DNA of 64,000 bases from Gonapodya sp. JEL0774 (Eukaryota), in assembly GCA_027604505.1 (NCBI GenBank), contig JADIIX010000017.1:1-64000 (forward strand), written 5' to 3'. The translations under genes and the position numbers were made by a program. Position 1 is the first letter of the stretch. Every line of letters starts with the position of its first letter. Positions 54,715-64,000 of this stretch are shown here, one piece after another. The notes beneath the pieces are model-generated. The model had not been told where the DNA came from. It did no database searches and was given only the letters and a program-made list of their open reading frames with translations.

Positions 54715-56569
54715 TCATCGTGTCTCGGCGTCCATGGCCTCCTCCGCATCCATTCTTCGTCTAAAGTACTCAAAATATTGGATGCAAGGGTCTCGGTACC
54801 GGGACTCAACCCCACGAACACGATGAATGGTGAGATTTGTGTACGAGCGGTGGTGAACAACCGAGCTGTGGAAGAATATTCAAGGATGGGTCAATCACAG
54901 AGATATTGGGCACATTCGCCTTCAATCGTGCCGGAGTTTCAGGAATGCTTCCCAAATCACGGAAATTCACACCAACACACAAATCCCAGAGAGATATGGG
55001 CCCCTGTCCGTCAGACCATCACAAGGCCGCAAACACCACGGGCTCTCTCCTCCTAACGACTCACCCGACATCCGCGTCCACAATCATGGGGGTGATTCCC
55101 CATGTCCACAGAATCCCACTGATCCATACGTCGTCGTGCAATCTACACCCAAGGGGAGCCTTCCTGTAATCAAACAGCTCCTTGGCATCTCCCTTAAACT
55201 GACTTCTCAAGAATGCCGTCCCTGCGAATGCGCATGCGAAGCCCCTGCACACCCTCGGCGAAAACTCTGAGCCGTCCGATCCAGTGGATCGCGATCCGGG
55301 CACCTCAATCGGTGTGACCCACACGGACCACCAGAGGAGCCAAGGAGGTGTAGGCTCCTCACATCGGTACGCAGTGTGGTGCGACCCGTCTGAAGCGAGC
55401 AGGGTACGTTCAAGTGAGCGGAGGGTGTCTTTTTCGTAGGTGGTGTCATCGTCGACAGTGACGATGACGGTGGATGGGTCTGTCTCGAGAATAATGGAGG
55501 GAAGAAGTTTGGTAGAGGAGCCAAAGTCAGGGGGATGAGTGATGACGAGGTATGTAGGCCCCAGAGAACGGACGAGCTCCGCGAGGACGTCCGGGAGGGG
55601 GGGCCGACGAGTGGATGAAGTGGGCTGCTTGAACGTATTTTCAGAATCTGATTCAGCTGTAGGGCTAGCACCAGGCTTGCGGAGCCGTCTCACGTCAGCT
55701 GGCATATGAACATAGATTCTGTCTGGTTTTCTGGATTGACTCTCTGCGAGAGAGATAATAGTGTCCTTTATGAGTTCGGCGCGGCCACGAAAAGTACTCA
55801 GAGACACTACTAATCGTGGGGGTTCGGACACAGAACGCTCTGGAAAGAGGGCATCGTAAGAGAGGTCGACATACTTTGGATCCGAAGGGTCGGAGGGGAG
55901 GCCCAAGTCTTCTGGTGTGGGCAGGATAGACTCAATGTTCCGACGTACGACACGTGGATCAGGATCGTGGAAGAAGAGAGCTAATGACTCCATTTCTTTT
56001 GCGTCCGAGGCGACATCAAACTGGTAGTCAGAGGACTCTGTGTCTAACCATGCAGAATAGCGCGAGTACCCGGCATAAGAGACCAAGAGGATAATTGCAA
56101 GTGCGAGGACTGCAAAGTGGCGACCAGTGAGGTCTCGGAAGCCTCTGGGAAAAGAAAACGATGAGCCTCGATGGTCCGAGAGTCGTTGCAGCCAGATGTC
56201 AGAAGCCGCCCCTCCTGTTCGACCAAAAAATGACGGAGAAGAGCGGCCATTTGTGGCGCGATGGCCATTTGATGCGGACCCCGAGCGAGAACGTGATGGA
56301 GTGGGAACGAGAGGAATTGCGTGAGTGTCGTCCACAAGAAGGGCAGTGTGGGGCGAGTCCGGGTCATGACTGTGATAGGACGAAGTCACAGTAGAAGGCA
56401 AAGATGTCGAGTTTGAAAGCGAAGTCCCGGTAAATGGCGGCACGAGCTGCTGTAGAGCAGCGTTCTGTCCAGGAACACCAGGAACGACAGTCGACGGCGA
56501 CGCCTCCACCCACTCCCCGTCCTCTGCGTCGGGCTCCCAATCCCACCCGTCTTTGCGCGTCTGTGCCAT
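54715..56569 (-). CDS. Type II membrane GT-A-fold glycosyltransferase-like protein (2 exons)
   Basis: TM helix FAVLALAIILLVSYAGY; LVVSLSTFRGR..I.DTIISL..QSRKPDRIYV; DFGSSTKLLP; IVTVDDD (DxD); DDVWISG; spliced tail ...DPCIQYFEYF. Confidence 0.75.
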
Positions 56570-56991
56570 CGTCCTCGGAACTCCTGGGCTTCGGGCGGTT
56601 TTCAAGTGATTTCCCAGCCTACGTCGGTGAAGGTGGCTGATCCCCAGTGTGGTGCATCGCTCATCACATGTTTTTTTTGTTTCCAGGTTCACCGGTACAT
56701 TCTCAACGTGAGACTTCATATGGATTTTATCGCATTCACGCATGAGGAGAATGTTGGAATCTGGTATATTGTAAATTTATGGCGCCACACAGATTCACTT
56801 CTACTTTGATATCATCAAGCTAGCTAAGGTTTCAATCTAAATGCGTTCAGCATGAGCTTTGGTTGTGCGTCTCGTGATTTCGTTTGGTGGAGAGAGTTGG
56901 CAGGCGGCAGACAATAATACGGCAATCAAAACCTACTCGTCTGCACACATCGATTCCGTATAATTTGACCTCTGGCCAGCGCTCCTTCGCC

Positions 56992-59636
56992 ATGGCTATG
57001 AAAATTCCCAAGATGGGGCTCGGACAGATGCTGAAGGACGGCTACAAAGTGGGTTTTGCTTCTCCCGTGCTCCTTATCACCGGTTCAACATAGAGCGCTC
57101 ACCTTTCCATTCCCCCCGGCGCGACTATTGAATCTCATGCAAATACGCTCCTTTTTCCCACTTACTTTGTTTTTCGCTTGCTCATGGCGCTTTATTGTCT
57201 GGAATCACAACGTCAACGTGTTTGAACCACACTTTGCTTCTCGATTCCAATCCGAATTCAGATCCAACAAGGTCTTGACGAGGCGGTTTACCGGAACATC
57301 TCGGCATGTAGGGAGCTCACAAATATCGTGCGAACCTCTTATGGCCCGAATGGTGGGTTTAGATGAAAGTTTCCCGACGCCGCTGGAGAGGTCTTATGTG
57401 AACTCCCTAGACGCGGTCGCAACGCTCTTTGTCTCTGACGGGAGGGACGTGATATTTTTTCCGAAAACGAACGACGCTAATGCCCTTTCTGTCCGTCCTT
57501 TCATTAATCCTCACACCCCCATTTTGGTCTGCGTACGATTCCCTGGGTTCTCTCTTTCCCAACGCAAACCTGATTTTACATACAGGTCGCAACAAAATGG
57601 TCATAAATCACCTTGAAAAGCTCTTTGTAACCTCGGACGCGGCTACAATCATGAGGGAACTAGAAGTAGTCCACCCTGCAGCCAAGATGGTCGTTGGCGC
57701 CTCGCAGCAGCAGGAGCAAGAAGTCGGAGACGCAACCAACTTAGTTGTTGTCCTTGCGGGAGAATTGCTAGCTCAGGCGGAGTTTCTGCTCCGGATGGGT
57801 CTCCACCCGAGCGAGGTTATCGAGGGGTACGAGCTTGCGGCGAAAAAGGCATTAGCGCTCTTGGATGGTGAGTTGTACCGAGATTGGCATGTCATGGACG
57901 GTCTATGGGCTGGCTGAGGATGCGTACTCGCAACTCGGGAGCAGATTGCTGAGTCCTTGTGGTGGACTGCAAGAAATGGAGGAGCCGCATCAAATTATTG
58001 TAGAACTTTGCCTGGCAACTCAATGACGTTCTTATACTGCTCTCTTACATGGAACTCCTGAATTTCACTCTAATTCAAAGAAATCGTGGTTGAAACCGTC
58101 ACCGATGCGTCCAACCCCACCCAACTTCTTCCTGTTGTGACAACCGCACTCGGCTCCAAGCAAAGTGGTCTTGAGGACCTTCTTGCCCCGCTGGTCGTGA
58201 AAGCTGCTCTTGAGGTCATGCCCAAAGTCCCCTCAAACTTCAACACAGATGCTGTGAGGGTGGTGAAGATTCTTGGCGGGTCTATCCACGATACCACAGT
58301 GGTTAAGGGTATGGTGTTCGGGAGAGAGCCGGAGGGCACTGTGACCAAGGCAGAGAAGGCGAAGGTGGCTGTGTTCGTATCGAGCTTGGACATGCAGAGC
58401 ACCGAAACAAAGGGGACTGTGTTGATTAGGAACGCAGACGAGATGTTGAGCTTCAGCAAGGGAGAGGAAAAGCAGCTGGAGACGGTGAGCAGAAAGATGC
58501 AGACGTTGAATTCGCGATCGCTACTCATGATCCTGGACTCTCACTTGCACCCCAGCAAATCAACGAGATCGCCGCCTCCGGAGTTAAAGTAGTCGTCACC
58601 GGCTCGGGAGTTGGTGACCTCGCCCTCCACTTCCTAAATCGTGCAGGGCTTATGGTTGTGAAAGTACTCTCCAAATTCGACTTGCGTCGTCTATGCCGCG
58701 TTGTTGGTGCGACGGCATTAGCTCGTATGGGGCGACCGACTGCTGAGGAAATCGGCTATTGCGATATTGTGGAGACTGTGGAGATTGGCAGTGACAGGTG
58801 TACCGTGTTCAGGCAGGAGTCCGAGAGCACCAAGACAGTGACGATTGTAGTTCGAGGAGGAACCCAGAACATGCTGGATGATGTGGAAAGATCAGTGGAC
58901 GACGGTGTAAACGTCGTGAAAGCGGTTGCCAAGGTTTGTGCTTTTGGTGGGCATACTGTTCCCTCTCACCCTTCAACGCATTCGAATCTCCCGCCTTCTC
59001 TCTGGCCTCTTTGTTATCAACTGGCAATTACCTCAATACAGGATGGTCGCCTGCTCCCCGGTGCCGGCGCCACGGAAATCGAGGTTGCGCGGCGCTTAAG
59101 TGCTTTCGCAGACAAAACTCCGGGCTTGGCCCAATATTCTATCAAAAAATTTGCTGAAGCTCTTGAGGTGGTACCGCGGACACTGGCCGAGAACGCTGGA
59201 ATGGATGTGGGTCTCACCAAACGTTGTTTTACACCGAAACTGAGTGCACCCCCACTCACGTCTTATAATGTTCATTTCAACGAATCGACAGTCTACGGTT
59301 GTGATTTCAAAACTGTATGCTGCGCACCAATCAGGTCAGATCAATATGGGAGTCAAGCTGGACGAGGAAAACGCATTAATCGATGCCAACACTGCTAAAA
59401 TCCTGGACGTACATCTGGCCAAGTTCTGGGCGATCAAATTGGCAGCTTATGCTGCCACCACGGTTCTCAGCGTTGATCAAGTGAGTGAACATACTGATGG
59501 GTGAAATACTGACTGGTTTATTTACATGGAACTTCAACCTCTTTCGCGCGTTCTTGCTCCACAGATCATTATGTCCAAGCCGGCAGGTGGACCGAAGGCG
59601 AAGCAAAACAAGAACTGGGATGAGGACGATGAATAG
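56992..59636 (+). CDS. CCT8: T-complex protein 1 subunit theta
   Basis: MLKDGYK, RTSYGPNGRNKMVINHLEKLFVTSDAATIMRELEVVHPAAK, EVGDATN, SKFDLRRLCR, IIMSKPAGGPK..NWDED. Confidence 0.98.
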
Positions 59637-59870
59637 GATTTTTGTAGCGGATGTTGACGAACAAAACTGACGCTGACGATGGAGGAGGGGAACTGTTTCC
59701 CTAACACGTTTGCACTACGCGATGATTGATGTATCGCCACTTGACATCAAATGCCATTGCTCTAATTGAGTATAAACGAAGTCCAATTTAATGATCCGGC
59801 AAGGATCACGAGCTGCCCCCCGTTACTGAGTAGTTTCAGCCGGTGGCCAATATATTGCCAAAGTACCCCA

Positions 59871-61339
59871 ATGGCCTCGAATGGACATGGAGGGGTAAAT
59901 GGCAGCAACGGTAAGGGCATCCCACCTTTCATCTTGGGTGAGAGGGAGTTGACTGCGAATCTTTGTCCAAAATTGAATGCTCGTCAATCTTCATAAAATG
60001 CTGTGACCTTCGATCCATACCCACGTTTCATCAAGCCGAATCATCCAGAAACTCCGTTTCGCCTCCTCCTTACACACCCCAGCCGCCCCAGGATCTTAAG
60101 ATCACGATAAAACCATTCGAACATGTCCCCGATTCGCGAACACCTGATGGCTTCATGGGAATGTCAACGGATGACGTGAAGACTGCAGCATATATGATTA
60201 CCAATGTTGTGTCCTCGGTGGGGATTGTGCTGACGAACAAATGGTGGGGACTCGCAAGGGATATGCAGTTTGAGTCGAACCCAGCAGCTCTTGTTGTTGA
60301 CTGGTCCACTATGCCGGGATTGTTTGCATTTTCATAATGAAGCTGTGGGCGACTTTTTGTCGTCGCTCATTCCAAATCTCCTCCGTTCCAGGGTCTTCAA
60401 GATTCATAAGTTTACGTTTGGAACCCTCCTGACCGTCATACACTTCGCAACCACCTCCCTCGGCCTCGAAATTCTCGCACGTCTCGGATATTTTCAGCGG
60501 AAATTCATTTCGCCCTCTCGTATACTTCTCCTCAGCTGTGCATTCTGTGGGTTTGTCGTTCTCACAAACTTGAGTTTGCAGTATAACTCGGTGGGGTTTT
60601 ATCAGGTTCGCGTCTGATCATTTTCTGTACTAGTACGCATATGTCATTGGAGTATTCCTCTGACAGTATCTCATTTCCCCTCCTCAACTTTCTTCGTCCC
60701 CGCAATTTTTCCACTGTGTGTTAGTGCGCGAAAGTTTTAACTACTCCTATGGTCGTCGGCATCCAAATGGTGTTCTATGGTATTCATATTTCTACCAGAC
60801 TGAAACTCTCTCTCCTCCTTGTACTGGTGGGCGTGGCCATCGCAACGGTTACTGATGTGGAGCTGAATTTGCCTGGCTTCGTTATCGCTATGGCCGGTGT
60901 GCTTGTAACCTCGCTGTACCAAATTTGGGTGGGGACAAAGCAAAAGGAGCTGGAGCTTGACGCCTTGCAACTCCTTCATAACCAAGCACCCCTCTCGGCA
61001 ATCACTCTCCTGATCCTCTTTCCGTTCTTCGACGACATTCATGCTCTTAAAACCTATGAGCTCACATCACCTGCCGTTCGTGACATAGTTATCACTGCGG
61101 CTTTCTCATTCTTCGTCAATGTTTCCATTTACGGCATCATCGGACGGACTTCGGCTCTGACTTACAATGTTGTGGGGCACTTCAAGACCGTCACCGTTGT
61201 TGTTCTTGGATTCATTCTTTTTAACTACCCAGTGATGTTCAAAAATGTCTTTGGCATTTTGCTTACAATAGCGGGAGTTATCTGGTACACTGTGATAAAA
61301 CTGGAGGAATCTCAGCCGCCAATGCCCAGGAAGCCATAG
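59871..61339 (+). CDS. Nucleotide-sugar transporter, TPT family (SLC35E3/UXT-like)
   Basis: NVVSSVGIVLTNK, LTVIHFATT, LTNLSLQYNSVGFYQ, QLLHNQAP, TSALTYNVVGHFKT. Confidence 0.9.
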
Positions 61340-61494
61340 CATATGCTCTTTAGCTGATAGTCTAGCTCGGCTTGTGTCATCCATGAAAGTGCATGAAGCC
61401 TGGAATGTGTGTCAACAATCAAAAGACAAAATGACCAACTAGCTTGCTGTGGCGGGCCTTGTGCCCCTGAGCAGTTTGCCATCATAATTCACAT

Positions 61495-63316
61495 ATGTAT
61501 CAACCGTTTTCGAGAGAAGCACCAGAAATGCCCTACAAAGTCGCACGAGATCTTCTCACTTGCGCCCGGTTCTCCCATCACTACCGGGTTATTTCTCTGC
61601 TCCATGCTGGTGGGAACCAGAGCCACTTACTTGCAATCCCAGCGATGCATCACTCCATAAAATCCCGCAATCTCGCGATGGTGAAGACCCTGCTAACCGC
61701 ATACGAAGGAGCAAGGATCGATTCGGTTCTACCGCCGGGCCATTTCTTGCTTCCGCTTGCGGGACCCAACGGTATGAGGACGTTTCTGCAATCAGCCTTT
61801 GATGGGAACGATTCGGATATTGCGATGGCCCTGCTCAAAGCTGGAGCATCGCCGCACGTAGACGGAAAAAGAGGTCGGACACTGTTGATGTGGGCGGCAG
61901 AGGCCGGATTGAGTGGTGAGACAGAGGATGCATGCAGAAGTCTGGCAACTTGACTAATAGCTTTGATTGGTCTCAGATATGGTAAAGATCCTCCTCGGAA
62001 AAGACGTTGACATCAATGCAAGGGATGAAGCTGGATGGGATGCCTTGACTTTTGTGAGTGGACGAAAATCTGTGTACTTTTGTCTTTTTTCGAAGGGTGT
62101 TCATTACCAGATTTCATAGGCTTGGAAATCAAATCATGCCTCAGTTGTTTCTCTCCTTGTCGGAGCCGGTGCTGATATCATGTCGAGTGACATTCGTGGA
62201 CAAACCGTGGGAATGTGGGCAAGCGCCCAAGGACATGTTGAGATTTTAGGCATGATCATTTCCAGCAATCGTGAGTGAATGCGCACGCCACTTCACTTCG
62301 TCTGTGCTAACATTGCTTGGCGGGGTGAAGCTACCACGCTCACTCAAATGGACTCAGATCGGTGGACGTGCTTGCACCACGCGGCGTCAAATGATCAACT
62401 TGGGGCAGCGACGGAACTTATACGGATCTCTGGACCTTATCTCAGAGAGATGTTCTTGGCAGATAAGAACGGTCGCACACCTGTTGATCTGTCATCAGGT
62501 ACCGACATGGTTGATTTGTTGGAAGATGCTCTGGATTCTGCCTCCCAGGGCTTGCAACAGAACTCTGAAGGTAAAGATTGTCCCCTCCATTCTAGGCTTA
62601 GAATTCTATCATGCATATCTGCTATCCCATTTTCAGTTGTTTTGTTGGATGTTGCAACGTTCTTGCGAGTTGAGATTGCGCGAATCTCTGATGCTGCCGC
62701 GACAAAGCTCAGCTCGTCCGGCAATACTCACGGCGCCTTTCTGATTACAACCAAACTCTGTGCTACAATCGACGACATTCTGGCTTCTCTTGAGTCACCG
62801 GGAACTCAGAAGCCGGTGAAAGCAAGAGTCCGGGGAAACGAACCTTGCTTGGTACCCAATCTCAGCAACGAGACTCTTGCGGATATTCCTGGCAGCTTTC
62901 CGAGGACTAACGATGAAGTAATGGCAAAATCTGGGAATCAAGAACACCAGGCACACTGTTTGGATGAATCTATGCTTGGATCAGAAGAACTCGGGCTCAA
63001 ATCTATTATACTTCCAACTCTTGTCGTGACCCCTGCCACTCCGATCGTAACTGTTGAAAACGACCAGCTCAATTCAAACGTGGATGATTCCTTTCCGGAA
63101 GATTTTGCCGCTCCGATGGTCCGACTCTTTGAAGGCGCACTGTACAACAAAGTAGGCCCCAGAGATAGCAAGAATCTTTCTCGCGAGGTATGGAGCAGCG
63201 AGTCGGGTGAGGAGGAGTCGCTGTCGGAGCATGACGGAAGCGATGATTTACAGAGCGAGCTTGACGGCGGAATTGAGTCCTCGGAATTAGAAATGGAAGA
63301 CTATGAGCTGATTTGA
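61495..63316 (+). CDS. Ankyrin-repeat protein with acidic disordered C-terminus (multi-exon)
   Basis: GRTLLMWAAEAG, DINARDEAGWDAL, WTCLHHAASND, DKNGRTPVDL. Confidence 0.8.
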
Positions 63317-63626
63317 TGAGTGAGCGGTGGAGGTCGCAAATTCTTGGACGCTGAGCGTAGCACTGATGATGCATACAAAGTTTATACTGAAGAAACTGGA
63401 GCTCATTTCCACGTCACGTACGAAACAATTTCATAGAGAAGCATAGTACAATAATTTGTAACCGAATTGTAGACCAAAGCAATAATTGAAACTTGATGTT
63501 GGATACTTCGAGCCGTGTGCAGTATTAATCCTGAGTCGCAGCCAGCTTTCCTATATCTCCGCGCCTCATCACGTTTATTCTGAGCAACGAGGTCTGAAAC
63601 AGATTACTAGATACCAGCGGTTCACC

Positions 63627-63877
63627 TCATGTATCCCAATCCCCATCTCCCCCCTTCACCACGACCTTTCCCTCCCCAACCATCTTCCACCATGCAAAAG
63701 TCCTTACCAACCAATTCTCTGTCCTAAGTTGCACCATGTACCACCAGCGTGCACTCTCGCTTTCGCCCCAAGGCCATGCAGTCGTGTCACTCGTGTCCCA
63801 GCACCTCCAAAGGACTCGCACACGACAGGCCGACAAGTAGGCCGGAGTGGGTTCCAGAGAAAGGAGTGGCCAGCGGC
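63627..63877 (-). CDS. Probable terminal exon of a gene that begins beyond the window
   Basis: Pyrimidine-rich acceptor (tcttctcag) followed by an open Trp-rich frame RWPLLSLEPTPAYLSACRVRVLWRCW...GDWDT*; no family recognised. Confidence 0.3.
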
Positions 63878-64000
63878 CTGAGAAGAGACGGACAATGCGA
63901 GGGAAATAGGGGTATTGATGTACAAAGGTGTAGGGTCTGTTCGCAGCGTTGAGAATCTGATGGTGTGTTTGAAAGGATGGTGAATAGTGAAGATGCCAGC

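Overview
Eukaryotic nuclear DNA, very gene-dense and intron-rich: about 29 protein-coding genes in 64 kb, mostly 50-80 nt GT-AG introns, and many intergenic gaps of only 70-200 bp. Gene content points to an early-diverging, chytrid-grade fungus. This is inference: chorismate synthase, Rib2-type deaminase, Rsp5, Dre2 and Sgt2 occur together with a full-length TPX2 and a DOCK-C-type GEF that budding and fission yeast lack. Gene order: NDC1, TAF11, F-box-like/ankyrin protein, Rib2-like deaminase, COQ2, DUF1761-like membrane protein, DRE2, CDT2, RSP5, mitochondrial uL3, J-domain protein, RPC82, DOCK GEF, SGT2, TPX2, small orphan, SAC phosphatase, orphan, GPI14/PIG-M, RasGAP, NMNAT, CHY/RING (Pirh2-like) E3, ARO2, glyoxalase-like protein, mitochondrial carrier, GT-A glycosyltransferase, CCT8, SLC35E3-like transporter, ankyrin protein. 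I found no rRNA, tRNA, CRISPR array or transposon. The most notable item is an animal/plant-style TPX2 with an intact Aurora-A-binding motif. Gene spans run from start to stop codon including introns; splice models were read by eye and family assignments come from recalled motifs, not database searches.
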